A DNA stretch of 64,000 bases from a virus, in IMG/VR virus record IMGVR_UViG_3300042691_015370, positions 80,888 through 144,887 of that record; one strand, given 5' to 3'. Position numbers and translations under genes: made by a program. The notes under the pieces were generated by a model. The model did no database searches. It was not told the origin of the DNA and saw nothing but the letters and a program-made list of their open reading frames with translations. This document shows, one piece after another, positions 9,419 through 20,081 of this stretch. The stretch's first letter is position 1. Every line of letters begins with the position of its first letter.

Positions 9419-10762
9419 TCAGACACGCTCACCGTTGTAAACCTTGAGCAGACCCTGATCAGACGAGAAGTTGAGAGTAGTCTCAAGCTTGGTCTGAACC
9501 CGACCCTGCATACCGGGAACTTGGAAGCGAGCATCCTCGACGTATAGCGTCTTGAGACGGCCACCATCGGGGTTGTTGATCTGGACCTCCATGGGCAGTG
9601 GCACTGACGTGTCCGGGCCGATGATCTCGTCAACGGGCTTGCCGGTCACGTAAGCAATCTTCTGCCACAGGTCAGCGGGATCGATTGGCTTAACACCAAT
9701 TGAACCAGCAACGTCAGGGGTATCGTAGTCCATTGCTACGTAGTGAGGGTTACCGAATTCCTCGTCCTGCTCTAGCTGCACTGACCAGTTAACCTCAGCC
9801 GACTGTACACCAGTGAGGCGAACCTCGGTGGGGGTGCCGTCAACGTCAGGCCAGATCACTACGTCGATGTCCTTGGGACGGATAGCGGCGGGCTTGACTG
9901 AAACGCCCTGATGGACGAGGTTGCCACCAGCGGTGCCACCAGTTGGGTTGGTACCATCACCTAGGGTGCCGGGGTTGTAGTTCTCGACGTTGACGTCAGT
10001 TGAACCGTAAACGATACGGATAACGTTGTACTGACCCTCGCCGGTGCCCTGTGGGTACTCGGAAACATTGTTCACCCAGACGGTGCCGTTTGCAGCATCT
10101 GAGTAACCGTCGTTACCGCCGTTGTTGTGGTATAGACGCTTGTAAGCACCATTGCTGGTGTTCACGAGCACGACACACATGGCGTAAACGCTGTCGCCAC
10201 CATCGTTGTAAAGAATGGGGGTGTGCTCTAGCTGAATCTTGTCACCTACTAGACCATTACCACCAGTGTATGCCTCTTCATGGTAGAAGGGCTGACCGGG
10301 GATGTAGTAGATGGAGTCACCACGAAGGGTGAAGCTCTGAGCAGCATTCTGACGTAGACCAAATCGGTACGAAGCCCGCTCTAGGGTCAGGTAAGGAACC
10401 GCAAGACCCTTAACAATGTCGAACTGGTTACGACGGGACTTGAAGGGGGAGATCACGTCAATCGGAACGTGGTTCGCAAAATCGATCTCATTCGTACCAG
10501 CAACGAAGCCGGGGTCGTCAGAGTGAGCGAAAGTAGTGGGGTCCTCATTGGTGAGGATGCACTCAAACTCGGTGGTCATATCGAACGACTCAAGGTCGAA
10601 CGAAAGATCAGGAATGTCTCGCACGGTTGCGACACTGTTCCAGTTACCAAGCTCGTAAATCTTCTCTTCAGGGATATTAAGGTTACCGGGACCACCGCTC
10701 TGAATACGGTCGATCACATAACCATTAATATCATGTAGAATAGCACCTGCTTTAATAGCCAC
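9419..10762 (-). CDS. Major tail (tube) protein
   Basis: 447 aa, GTG start with GGAGG RBS, upstream of chaperone and TMP, followed by a terminator. Beta-rich acidic composition. Confidence 0.85.
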   Translation of the reverse strand: MAIKAGAILHDINGYVIDRIQSGGPGNLNIPEEKIYELGNWNSVATVRDIPDLSFDLESFDMTTEFECILTNEDPTTFAHSDDPGFVAGTNEIDFANHVPIDVISPFKSRRNQFDIVKGLAVPYLTLERASYRFGLRQNAAQSFTLRGDSIYYIPGQPFYHEEAYTGGNGLVGDKIQLEHTPILYNDGGDSVYAMCVVLVNTSNGAYKRLYHNNGGNDGYSDAANGTVWVNNVSEYPQGTGEGQYNVIRIVYGSTDVNVENYNPGTLGDGTNPTGGTAGGNLVHQGVSVKPAAIRPKDIDVVIWPDVDGTPTEVRLTGVQSAEVNWSVQLEQDEEFGNPHYVAMDYDTPDVAGSIGVKPIDPADLWQKIAYVTGKPVDEIIGPDTSVPLPMEVQINNPDGGRLKTLYVEDARFQVPGMQGRVQTKLETTLNFSSDQGLLKVYNGERV

Positions 10763-10894
10763 AGTAAGCCTCCAAAATATTAGTCATGTTTGTTTGCCCT
10801 AACCTACTGTGTCAGCAGGCCGTATAAAATCTTATACACCACTACCTCTAGGTGTATCCTAAAGTAGTAACGGTGGGCTTAAGGACTAATAAAG

Positions 10895-12037
10895 TTAGAG
10901 GCCAAAGTCTGAAGCAAGGGAACCAAACTGTCGTGAAGTAAGGCCCCATTGGCGAAGAAGTGTGGCGAATTCGCCTCTACTCATAGCGTCTGGATCGCCA
11001 CCACTCTCAAGGAAGGCTTGCGGCGATGATGTATCAAGACTACCAGCAGCACCCGTAAACACCTTCGCGGGAGGTGTAGCAGTAGGAGCAATCTCAAACT
11101 GACCTCTACGCTCAGCAACAGCCTTTCCTGCCTTATTGGCTTTTCTGCGCCATTCATCAAGGATCTTGCTAACCTCTTGACCGTAACGGTTATTTAGGTG
11201 TCGAGCACCCTCATCAATAAAGCGGGTACCGACAATACCCTTAGACTTTCTTCTTTCAAAGCCAAGAGTAGTAAAGGGCGGAATGACATACAAAGCACTA
11301 CGTCTCGCTAAGGATGGCGAGAAAGCGCCAGTATATCCATCACGAATAGACTTAAAGTTACCCCAAGATGTAGCCACATGCGCTTTAGACCAAATGCCTC
11401 TAGCACCCGAACCCGGAGAAAGCTGAGGAACCATGAAGCCCTTGGATGGCTTAAAGCTATTGAAGTTGACATTTGTCTTTGTTGGATAACCCGGACGAGT
11501 TCCGAACTTCATATTGCCCCAAGTGGGCGTTGGCGTGGTCGCTGGCTTTGCGCCGAAGTTCAGTCGATACCACTGCTTGGCAGACTCATCTAGAATTTTC
11601 TTGTTCGGAAAATAAATACCATGAGCATCATGTTCTACAAGACTTTCACTCTGCAAAGCCTTGAGCATTGCCTTATTCGAAAAACGACGCAACTTGCCCG
11701 GATCATCCCAACGATACGACTTTCTATCGGCTCGTTGCGTTCTTTTGTAGGCTCTTACAATTTTGTCCTGAATTTCATCAGCAAGCTTGGCATGCATCTC
11801 TTCAAAAGCAGCATCAGTAGCCTCTTCTTGACCAATCACCTTAACCCAAGTGTACAAACCCTCATAAAGACGATTGTACACCTGATCAGAAACTTTTAGA
11901 CCTACCTGAATGCGAACATCCCTAAGAAGTCGCTCACTAGCTTGGCGAGCATAAAGGTATCCAAGGTACTGAGATTCACCCTGAGAAACGAATCGACCAC
12001 CTTCGTTTCTGCCCCTATTACTCCAGCCTGTAGCCAT
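10895..12037 (-). CDS. Hypothetical basic virion-module protein (possible tail completion/neck)
   Basis: 380-aa ORF co-oriented in the structural operon; function inferred from position only. Confidence 0.55.
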   Translation of the reverse strand: MATGWSNRGRNEGGRFVSQGESQYLGYLYARQASERLLRDVRIQVGLKVSDQVYNRLYEGLYTWVKVIGQEEATDAAFEEMHAKLADEIQDKIVRAYKRTQRADRKSYRWDDPGKLRRFSNKAMLKALQSESLVEHDAHGIYFPNKKILDESAKQWYRLNFGAKPATTPTPTWGNMKFGTRPGYPTKTNVNFNSFKPSKGFMVPQLSPGSGARGIWSKAHVATSWGNFKSIRDGYTGAFSPSLARRSALYVIPPFTTLGFERRKSKGIVGTRFIDEGARHLNNRYGQEVSKILDEWRRKANKAGKAVAERRGQFEIAPTATPPAKVFTGAAGSLDTSSPQAFLESGGDPDAMSRGEFATLLRQWGLTSRQFGSLASDFGL

Positions 12038-12294
12038 TACGACCTACTTAAGTTCGCTATCTGCTCAGCAAGTTCATCAAATCTGTCCATGAACTCTTCA
12101 TTCCAGATAACGTCTGAATCTGAGATCAGATCAAAAGCTGTATCGCAAAGCTCATTGATTTGGTCGAGAATCTCTTTGCGAAGCTTGTGAGCAGTCTCAG
12201 GAGGCAAGTAGTGATCACACTCTCGTTCTTTGAAGCTCAACAGTGTCGCAATAGCTCTGTCTCTTCGTTTTCCTAAAAAAGCCTTCTTATCCAT
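12037..12294 (-). CDS. Hypothetical protein
   Basis: 85-aa ORF, stop/start coupled to the next gene. Confidence 0.6.
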   Translation of the reverse strand: MDKKAFLGKRRDRAIATLLSFKERECDHYLPPETAHKLRKEILDQINELCDTAFDLISDSDVIWNEEFMDRFDELAEQIANLSRS

Positions 12295-12311
12295 CTTGTT
12301 TCCTTTTTCTG

Positions 12312-14855
12312 TTAAGGTACATATACACTTGTGACATCCCAGTCGCTTCCATTTGATGTCACCTCCAAATTTGTTCCAACAGCAGTAATTTCGTAATCGG
12401 CAGCACCATCCACCGTCTCTCCCGATTGAGCATCAAGCCTCACAACTCCCCCAGTTGCGGCCACCCTCACTTTGATCGATCGACCGGGGCAAACGGTTGC
12501 ACTTGGTAATTGAAGAACTAGTGTTGTCAGAGCAGTGTCTACAGTGATGTAGTCACCGGCAGAAACGTCATAGCCCGCACTCACTGTGACAGCGTTTGAT
12601 GGACTGCCACTCAGGATGGAGTAGGAACCAACATAGGCACCCTGACCGTTCGTAGCGACAATGGCGCCACCACCGATAGCATTCCAACCCCCGGCAATCC
12701 ACACACCGTCAGCCGTATCAAAATGCTCAGTCATCACAACTGCACCGTTGTGGATGGTGAGTAGACTCAGATCGTCCAGAACGAGCACACAAAACGTTCC
12801 GGTCTGAGCGTTGATAGCAACATTTGTAGTGGTTCCGTTGGCGTTGAGCACGCTCAGGTTATTGCCCACCACATCTGTGGCGATCCAGTCAGGACGATAG
12901 GACCGGGAGACACCTTCACCACCCGTGATGCCAGTGCGTCCCGACGGGCCTGCGACGGGTGTCATGCCGCGCTGCGTTGGGTCACCATACAGTCGAAACA
13001 AAGCACAGTACGCCCAGCGGGTGCCGGTGTAGCTAACATGATCGTAGTTGCCAATATCGGTATCGAGCATAGAGCCGAAACCAGTCGCACGAGTTGCCGG
13101 GGCGTTCAGATGCAACGTCCAGACCCCACCATTGCCATCACTGTTATTGAGGATGGTCAAATTTTGACCATCCTCAATAGCTTGACCACCGACATGGGTG
13201 GCGGTCCCGTCGAGCGGGAAGTCGGGGTCAAACGTGACGTACTTAGAGACATGCAGATGAGGCACAACAGGTGTGACCGGATGGTAGCGGTTCAGTCTGT
13301 TCTCTAGTGTATCAATACTACTTTCAATCTCAGACAAATCGATAATGGGAAGTATTTGCTCAAAGCTACTGTACCCCAGCGTAGCACCACCAATCAGATA
13401 CAGCCAAGCCACCGAAGAGCCAAGACCGGGTGCAAGCTCGAACTTTGACACCAGCCACAGACCAGCGTCAGAAGTGTTCCATGAGCGGACCTTGACGAAA
13501 GCCCCATCACCGACATGCTCAAACAGGCCGCTTGACTGACCAGAAATCTCATCGGGATTCGCTCCGAGCACGGCCAGCAAACGCGCATTGCCAACAGTAG
13601 GCAGTCCGCTGAACATACCAACAGTCCACACACCCTGAAAGAAGGACCCACCAAAATCAGCCTCTGGATTACCAGAGATGAAAGCTACTCGCATAGATCC
13701 AGCACGCTCAGCAACTTCATCAACCGCCTCAGGCAGCGTATCTGCATTCAGTCCCGAGGCAGTGTTGTCGTAGGGGTAAACCTGAGTCGTAAAGTTGCAG
13801 TCCATTCCATCGTTGGCAGTAAAAATGATGGAGTTGCCGTACTTGTCGCCAGAGCCAACATGGACAGGAGTGCCAGTAAAGAGAGAGTCAGCTTCCCAGC
13901 GGCCATTCAACTGATGCACCCTATGGAAGTAGATGTCTCCGGGTTCAACTGACGATCCCCCGAAATCATCAACCTCAAGATAGGTGGGGTGATTCGTGCC
14001 GTTGGGTTGAACTTCGAACACTTCCCAGAAGCCATTGTGAGCCTCAGTTGGCTGCCCACCAAGACCAGCGACTCTGGGAGCAGTGAGTTCGATGCCATCA
14101 ATATCAGATACGGCAGGAAGTCTCACGTCATCGGGGTCACCAGCAGCATGAGCCAGAAGCGCATCCCCATCAGTTCCATCATGATACCCAGCGGTAATAG
14201 AAGGAATGGGTCGTCGCTTCTCGACGCTGAAAGTAGTTACATCATCTACGACACTGACATCCAGCCCATATCCGGCAACAAGCTGGGAGCCAATAACTGC
14301 CTCCCTGACAAAGAGCGTGGCAGGTGCAGTGGGGTCCAAGGGATTGTTGTTCATACCAAAGAACGTGGCTGTAGCCTCAGCATAAAGGGAAGCCACAACT
14401 TGTTCACCGCCAAGCACCGGGATTCTCTCGCATGGACCAGATGCAGTGATTCTCCACAATCCAGCGCTTGGACCAGACAGTGACAACACAGTCACCCCAA
14501 CACCCATCGACCTTGGGACGTTGGCAGCCTCGACCGTAACTCCATCAAGGCTCAGAAGATCAACTTCAGTAAAGTTGCCACCAACCAAATCAACGTCTGC
14601 ACCAACAATGCCATTGGCGACAAGATGACCACCAGAACCAGAGCCACCAGAGCCATCACCCGAAATACTGGGAAGTTCCGACCAAGTAGAAGAACCGTCC
14701 CCAATCTTCAGCGTTGCTGTGTCTTCGTCATAGCCAGCCCTACCACGAGCAAGCACCTTGTCGTTGGCCTCCCATTCGGCGGTCGTGCGGACTATTACCC
14801 CCGGTCCCGGTGGTCCCTGAACTCCATCTGTGACTACAACAACTCTACTCATCAC
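12312..14855 (-). CDS. Fibre/receptor-binding-like protein with Mtd-N/hyaluronidase-type N-terminal domain
   Basis: N-terminus TTAEWEANDKVLARGRAGYDEDTATLKIGDGSSTWSELP resembles the major tropism determinant N-terminal motif. C-terminus LPSATVCPGRSIKVR...ETVDG...SNGSDW is typical of fibres. Confidence 0.75.
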   Translation of the reverse strand: MMSRVVVVTDGVQGPPGPGVIVRTTAEWEANDKVLARGRAGYDEDTATLKIGDGSSTWSELPSISGDGSGGSGSGGHLVANGIVGADVDLVGGNFTEVDLLSLDGVTVEAANVPRSMGVGVTVLSLSGPSAGLWRITASGPCERIPVLGGEQVVASLYAEATATFFGMNNNPLDPTAPATLFVREAVIGSQLVAGYGLDVSVVDDVTTFSVEKRRPIPSITAGYHDGTDGDALLAHAAGDPDDVRLPAVSDIDGIELTAPRVAGLGGQPTEAHNGFWEVFEVQPNGTNHPTYLEVDDFGGSSVEPGDIYFHRVHQLNGRWEADSLFTGTPVHVGSGDKYGNSIIFTANDGMDCNFTTQVYPYDNTASGLNADTLPEAVDEVAERAGSMRVAFISGNPEADFGGSFFQGVWTVGMFSGLPTVGNARLLAVLGANPDEISGQSSGLFEHVGDGAFVKVRSWNTSDAGLWLVSKFELAPGLGSSVAWLYLIGGATLGYSSFEQILPIIDLSEIESSIDTLENRLNRYHPVTPVVPHLHVSKYVTFDPDFPLDGTATHVGGQAIEDGQNLTILNNSDGNGGVWTLHLNAPATRATGFGSMLDTDIGNYDHVSYTGTRWAYCALFRLYGDPTQRGMTPVAGPSGRTGITGGEGVSRSYRPDWIATDVVGNNLSVLNANGTTTNVAINAQTGTFCVLVLDDLSLLTIHNGAVVMTEHFDTADGVWIAGGWNAIGGGAIVATNGQGAYVGSYSILSGSPSNAVTVSAGYDVSAGDYITVDTALTTLVLQLPSATVCPGRSIKVRVAATGGVVRLDAQSGETVDGAADYEITAVGTNLEVTSNGSDWDVTSVYVP

Positions 14856-15055
14856 ACACCTTCTTCTTCAAATACACTTGGATCTACATAATACGTAGGC
14901 TCTATAACCTCGTAAGCGCCTAAAGTTCCTTCTGGAATAAGATCCTTCATCGATGCCGGAATCCCATGTAATATAACGCCACATTGATTCGCAATTGCTG
15001 TTTCACGCACCGCATTAGATGTTGGTAATGGTTCATTCGTAATCCAGAATTTCAT
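14852..15055 (-). CDS. Hypothetical protein
   Basis: 67-aa ORF with overlapping stop/start on both sides. Confidence 0.55.
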   Translation of the reverse strand: MKFWITNEPLPTSNAVRETAIANQCGVILHGIPASMKDLIPEGTLGAYEVIEPTYYVDPSVFEEEGV

Positions 15056-17436
15056 GATGCCCCCAGAAGAACAAGCGTATTACCAGCAGAACCATTTGTT
15101 CCAGCAGTTCCAGTTCCGCGACCAGATGCTCCAGTTCCACCATTTACCTGAAGTGTGAACGAGTGCGAAGTAGAACCAGTAATTAAAGCAATGAATCCAC
15201 CACCACCACCAGCCCCACCACCGGTATTGTTATTGTCAGCCGTCCGCTGCGCGCCATCGCCGCCGTTGGCCCTGATAGTGCCACTCCCAGCTACTTCACG
15301 GGCCTTGATGAACAAGAAGCCACCCCCGGCGCCGCCACCGCCGCCAAGCGCAGAGCCATTACCACCACCCGACCCGCCGCCGCGACCCGCACAAACAATG
15401 AGAGGCGAAGCCGAGTTACGAGAGAAAACGATACCTTGCTCCAGCATAACGACATGCGACCTCAACGCCGCTTCCGTGGTTGACGACAAGGTTGCAGCAA
15501 CACCTGAGCCACCACCTGAGCCACTAGATCCCGAACCACCAGTTCCTCCTGCACCACCGAAGGCAATAATATTGCCATTCAAAGGATTGGTGGTTGGTGA
15601 TCCGGCAACACCAGCAGTGCTTGTTCCTGTGCCACCCGCTGCGCTGTTGGTACCTGTACCGGGGGCAGCTATAAAGCTTCCGCCAGTCACACCGCTGGCA
15701 CTGCCGCCGTTGGCGCTAATGGTGCCATTTACAGTCAAAGTTCCTGACACATAGATAATCCCATGGACCGTCAACACGACGCCCGGATCAATGGTCAAGT
15801 TACGATAGTGTTTGATACCATTGCCAGTGTAAAAGTTCGAAGTAATGGTGGTATCAACAGCAATAGTAACATCACCATCAGCACCAGTTCCAAAAGCCAC
15901 CGATGGACCAACTGCGCCATCTACGCCATCTACGCCATCAGCGCCATCAGCGCCATCAGCACCGGCTGGGCCGGGATCTCCTTGAATGCCCTGAATGCCC
16001 TGTAAACCTTGCGGGCCAATCAAAGAAACACCACTGGGCCAAACTCCAGCAGCCTTAGGTCCAAACAGATAGTTAGTATCTGTTCTTATGTAGAAATCAC
16101 CGTCTACTCCTTGAGTTGTGGGATCAACCGTTCCGTGTAGAACAGTCTTGCCGTCAACTCCGTTCGCACCTGCTGCGCCATCTGCGCCAGCGGGACCGGG
16201 GTCGCCCTGTGGCCCCTGTGCGCCATCTGCGCCAGCGGGTCCCTGAATGCCCTGTATACCCTGAATACCTTGGATGCCCTGAATACCCTGTTCTCCCTGT
16301 GGTCCCTCGGGACCAATCAGAGGAAGGCCCGCAGGCCAAATTCCAGAAGCTTTAGGGCCAAATAGTGTACTCGTATCAGTCCTAATGTAGAAGTCTCCAT
16401 CAACTCCTTCGGTCGTAGGATCAACTGTACCATTCAGAACAGTTTTACCATCTACACCATCTACACCATCTACACCATCGTTGCCGGGTGGGCCTTGTTC
16501 GCCAGTAGCACCAGCAGGGCCGGGATCTCCTTGTATCCCCTGTATTCCCTGTTCGCCCTGAATACCTTGAGTTCCTTGTATACCTTGCTCTCCCTGAGCG
16601 CCTTGAGGACCAACTAAAGAAGCAAGCCAATCCTGCTCAGTCCCAACAAAACCATTGGCAACAGCAACCTCGTAAGCCGATAGACCATCGTCTCCGTCTA
16701 TTCCCGGCTCACCTTGTATGCCCTGTACGCCGGGATCGCCTTGAGGACCGGGATCGCCTTGTGCGCCATCATTACCCGGTGGACCGGGATCACCGGGTAA
16801 GCCGGGTTCTCCCTGTGGTCCCTGCTCTCCCTGTGGACCTATAAGAGATACCCCAGCAGGCCACACGTCAGCAGCTTTGGGACCAAAGATAGTACTAGTA
16901 TCAGTGCGGATATAGAAATCCCCATCTATACCCTCTGTAGTTGGATCTACTGTGCCACTCAGAAAACCGCCGCCACTACCACCAGACGGACTAACGTTTA
17001 TGACACGCCAAACTCCAACATAACGAAGCAAAATAATGGCGGTGCCGTTAGGAACGACCAACTCTGTGACCATCTCGTTGCTGACGTTAAAGATCACCTC
17101 GTCATTCTCATGAGGAATGACAGTCAAGTCGTCCATCCATGCAGAGATCACAAATGCCTGTGGGGTTTCGGGCTGAGTACTGATCTCTGGGAGATTAATC
17201 GTGCCTGTGCCACCGACAACACCATCTGTAGCAGCAAGCGTAACTGTATCTCCCATAAGAGTTTGTTCTGAAGGCAGGAACAATGCCTCACCGGGTGGAC
17301 CGGGGTCGCCCTGTGGGCCGGGATCGCCGGGGTCACCGGGAGCACCAGCAGGACCGGGAGGACCCTGTTCACCGTTGACAAACACCTCAACCGGCGATTC
17401 CGTAGGTATGACGACGACTACTGTTTCATCAGACAT
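15052..17436 (-). CDS. Collagen-like fibre protein with three internal repeats and a Gly-rich C-terminal domain
   Basis: Long G-X-Y tracts. Three copies of GTVDPTTxGxDGDFYIRTDTxxxFGPKAxxxWPxGxxLIGPxG. Confidence 0.85.
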   Translation of the reverse strand: MSDETVVVVIPTESPVEVFVNGEQGPPGPAGAPGDPGDPGPQGDPGPPGEALFLPSEQTLMGDTVTLAATDGVVGGTGTINLPEISTQPETPQAFVISAWMDDLTVIPHENDEVIFNVSNEMVTELVVPNGTAIILLRYVGVWRVINVSPSGGSGGGFLSGTVDPTTEGIDGDFYIRTDTSTIFGPKAADVWPAGVSLIGPQGEQGPQGEPGLPGDPGPPGNDGAQGDPGPQGDPGVQGIQGEPGIDGDDGLSAYEVAVANGFVGTEQDWLASLVGPQGAQGEQGIQGTQGIQGEQGIQGIQGDPGPAGATGEQGPPGNDGVDGVDGVDGKTVLNGTVDPTTEGVDGDFYIRTDTSTLFGPKASGIWPAGLPLIGPEGPQGEQGIQGIQGIQGIQGIQGPAGADGAQGPQGDPGPAGADGAAGANGVDGKTVLHGTVDPTTQGVDGDFYIRTDTNYLFGPKAAGVWPSGVSLIGPQGLQGIQGIQGDPGPAGADGADGADGVDGVDGAVGPSVAFGTGADGDVTIAVDTTITSNFYTGNGIKHYRNLTIDPGVVLTVHGIIYVSGTLTVNGTISANGGSASGVTGGSFIAAPGTGTNSAAGGTGTSTAGVAGSPTTNPLNGNIIAFGGAGGTGGSGSSGSGGGSGVAATLSSTTEAALRSHVVMLEQGIVFSRNSASPLIVCAGRGGGSGGGNGSALGGGGGAGGGFLFIKAREVAGSGTIRANGGDGAQRTADNNNTGGGAGGGGGFIALITGSTSHSFTLQVNGGTGASGRGTGTAGTNGSAGNTLVLLGAS

Positions 17437-18337
17437 ACTCGTACTCCATCAAAACACCCAAGGACTGACCGAAGTTCTGAAGCACCAACTGAGTCCAAGG
17501 AGAAGCGTCCAAAGCTTGACCAGAAGAATGATTGTAACGATAACGCTCCACTAAGCCAGCAGTACCCATTGTCGTGTTCACGGCCCTTGTAGCAGCCCTA
17601 AAGCTACGCAATGTAACAGAGCCAGCGTTCTGCCCCTGATGCATCAAAAGGTAACGACCGGGCTGAAGGGTGACAGGGGTAATTGTTTGTCTCTTAGGGC
17701 CAGTGCTGCTGATAGTCAGATTGGCCTGAGCTAGCACAGCGCCAGTTGGTTGGTTACGGGTATCGGCAGCGATGATCCCAACTCTCAGGGTTGTTTCAGA
17801 TCCAGTAAATACAACCTCAGTATCAAAGGCTTTGACGGAAATGGGGGCATCTACTTCAAAACTGTTGAATGATCTGTAAGTACCAGCCGTCATGGTACTT
17901 ACTGCATACACATTTGTTGTTGGTAAGCCCAACAGGTCAGTAGATCCAGTTCTAGGCATGCCTCTAGCGAACGTGCCACCATCATTACCATCAGCACCCG
18001 GAGGACCTTGTAGGTCATCTAATAGAACTAGATTCTCCCAGTCAGGATCTCCTACTAATCGCCATTTGATGTAAGTAGCATCAGCAGATAGCTCAACCTC
18101 TCGCCCATCAGCACCATCAGCACCGTTGATGCCAGCTTGCCCATCTGCGCCTCTTGGGCCGGGGGAAACTACGCCGATAACAATGGTTTTCTCATCCTGA
18201 GCTACAGGAATCGGCACCTCTTCATCATCTGGCAATTCTTCTAACGATGTACCAACAGCGCCAGAAGGAAAGAGAAACTCATCCTCGTCTTCTACGATAA
18301 TAACTGTGTTGTCTTCATTAGGGTTCACATCAACCAT
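17429..18337 (-). CDS. Short collagen-containing structural protein
   Basis: GPRGADGQAGINGADGADGREVEL...IKWRLVGD..W motif followed by a beta-rich C-terminal domain. Confidence 0.65.
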   Translation of the reverse strand: MVDVNPNEDNTVIIVEDEDEFLFPSGAVGTSLEELPDDEEVPIPVAQDEKTIVIGVVSPGPRGADGQAGINGADGADGREVELSADATYIKWRLVGDPDWENLVLLDDLQGPPGADGNDGGTFARGMPRTGSTDLLGLPTTNVYAVSTMTAGTYRSFNSFEVDAPISVKAFDTEVVFTGSETTLRVGIIAADTRNQPTGAVLAQANLTISSTGPKRQTITPVTLQPGRYLLMHQGQNAGSVTLRSFRAATRAVNTTMGTAGLVERYRYNHSSGQALDASPWTQLVLQNFGQSLGVLMEYEYV

Positions 18338-18346
18338 CAGAACCCC

Positions 18347-18727
18347 TTATCTCGTTATTTCGCCAGTAACCTTAAACTTACCCTCTAGCGGACAGTCAAC
18401 ATCTCCACCCGGACTAACAATCTCAATATCCCATAAGTAGGAACCAATAGGGAAAGTGGAGGTAAATTCATCAGAAATGAACAAGCTCAAGGTAGCAGTC
18501 TCTGTATCAATCGTAATAGTACCATATGCGCCAGATACTGGAGGATTCTCCACATACTCTGTCTTGAGTTCAACTAACACATCTTCTGCGTCAATGTTTG
18601 CACGAACCTGCATACGAGCCGTGAAGCCAGTAAAGTCCCATAGATTATCGTGACGAGTCTTAAACGTAAACTGCTTGCGGAAAGTAGTTCCAGCTTTGCA
18701 TTTGAGATCATACTTTGATGTATCCAT
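18347..18727 (-). CDS. Structural protein (BppU-N-like fibre attachment/adaptor)
   Basis: DFTGFTARMQVR...YLWDIEIV...LEGKFKV pattern common in phage minor structural proteins. Start MDTSKY at 18727. Confidence 0.55.
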   Translation of the reverse strand: MDTSKYDLKCKAGTTFRKQFTFKTRHDNLWDFTGFTARMQVRANIDAEDVLVELKTEYVENPPVSGAYGTITIDTETATLSLFISDEFTSTFPIGSYLWDIEIVSPGGDVDCPLEGKFKVTGEITR

Positions 18728-19089
18728 TACGCCTCCCAAGCTGGTGTGGCTACGATCAGATCTCCAACCCAACGGTCACCGGGAGTAGCATCCTGAGGAA
18801 CTGAGATGTAGTACTCGTTTACAACATTGCTGGTGTTGCGTTCTGTTTCAGTAATCTTGTAGACGCTATCTGCTGGAGATACCAGATCATTCTCAATGAC
18901 CTCAACTTCCCACTTCCCTGTTGAGTCCGTCTCAGTTTGATACGTTCCCTTCAGCATGGCTTCGCCCTCAGTGTGGAGGGCAACGGCTGAAACATCAGTG
19001 TCCCAAGAAAGCGTGACAGCGACGTCAAAATCATCTTGATAGCTGCCACCGGCAGGCTTTTTGATAGTGTTGAAAATCGTCACAGCCAT
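18727..19089 (-). CDS. Hypothetical structural protein
   Basis: 120-aa ORF in the operon. Confidence 0.55.
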   Translation of the reverse strand: MAVTIFNTIKKPAGGSYQDDFDVAVTLSWDTDVSAVALHTEGEAMLKGTYQTETDSTGKWEVEVIENDLVSPADSVYKITETERNTSNVVNEYYISVPQDATPGDRWVGDLIVATPAWEA

Positions 19090-19091
19090 AG

Positions 19092-19610
19092 TCAGTCCCT
19101 GTCATCCCGGTAAGTGTCAATAATATCAACGGCAATGGTCCACCAATACTTATTGAAGCTCAGGTCCCAACTGCGATTCTTCATTACTTCAAAATCCTCG
19201 AAATCGCAACGGAAAAGGAATGAGTCATCAACTCCGAGATCCAATACTTCAAAGCTCGTATCATCATAAATATCTGTAAACTTCCCCCGGATTAGATCAT
19301 AAATGTCTCCAGTCAGGTGCTGACCAACAGCATTATTTTCAGCAAACACCTCAATGAAGGCATTGATCGTATTCTCTTGCAGGCTCCAGTCTTGGCCCAT
19401 ACCCATCTCTTCAAAAGAGAAATCTTCAATCATGACGCCAATAAGGTTAGGGGTAACTTCTTCAGAAGGCTCAACTTGATCAGCAATAATTCTGACAGTC
19501 TTGTGAGGGCGTCCAGCATCAAACCAACCAAGAGTGTCAAGCCCTTCTTCGATATGGCGCTTCAGATTGTCTTTAATTAACCGCTGTCGTTTACCACCTA
19601 CGTAAGCCAT
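19092..19610 (-). CDS. Putative tail terminator
   Basis: 172-aa acidic ORF after the head-tail adaptor and stopper; assigned by position. Confidence 0.5.
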   Translation of the reverse strand: MAYVGGKRQRLIKDNLKRHIEEGLDTLGWFDAGRPHKTVRIIADQVEPSEEVTPNLIGVMIEDFSFEEMGMGQDWSLQENTINAFIEVFAENNAVGQHLTGDIYDLIRGKFTDIYDDTSFEVLDLGVDDSFLFRCDFEDFEVMKNRSWDLSFNKYWWTIAVDIIDTYRDDRD

Positions 19611-19625
19611 AACTCACCCTTGTCC

Positions 19626-20081
19626 TTATGATTCATCGATCGCCGTAAGCCATACACGATAAATCGTGACAGGTCCCAAACCCAACGGTGGCTCCACGAA
19701 ATCTATTACGTAAGTGTTTCCACCAATTTTCGCCTGCGTTGCGCCATCAATCTCTGGAAAGTGTGTGTCCAAAATCGTGACAACTACACGAGGATTCTCA
19801 AACTGACCAATGGCCGTACCATCTGGACGACGGTTCGAAAACTCAACGGCTGCGGGAATCTGCACATCATCGTGCTCTTCTACAGAAGTTGGCACAGCAG
19901 TGAAGTCGTAAGGATTGCCCTTCTCGTCAGCTTTTGTGAAGGTGCGTTCTACGGGCCACTGAAAGGTGATGCGCTCAGACTCTGCCAATGGCAGAGCCAT
20001 CTCCATGGTCGAAGTAATGGCAGAGCGGAAAGCGTCTGCATCAAAGCCCGTCAAGAAGTTCGGATCAGTGGGATTAGCCAT
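19626..20081 (-). CDS. Putative head-to-tail stopper
   Basis: 151 aa; position and beta-strand pattern (IGGNTYVIDFVEP). Confidence 0.5.
   Translation of the reverse strand: MANPTDPNFLTGFDADAFRSAITSTMEMALPLAESERITFQWPVERTFTKADEKGNPYDFTAVPTSVEEHDDVQIPAAVEFSNRRPDGTAIGQFENPRVVVTILDTHFPEIDGATQAKIGGNTYVIDFVEPPLGLGPVTIYRVWLTAIDES

Noticed and set aside
12312-14855. Diversity-generating retroelement target (Mtd-like N-terminus)
   Set aside because: No reverse transcriptase and no template/variable repeat pair seen in the window.
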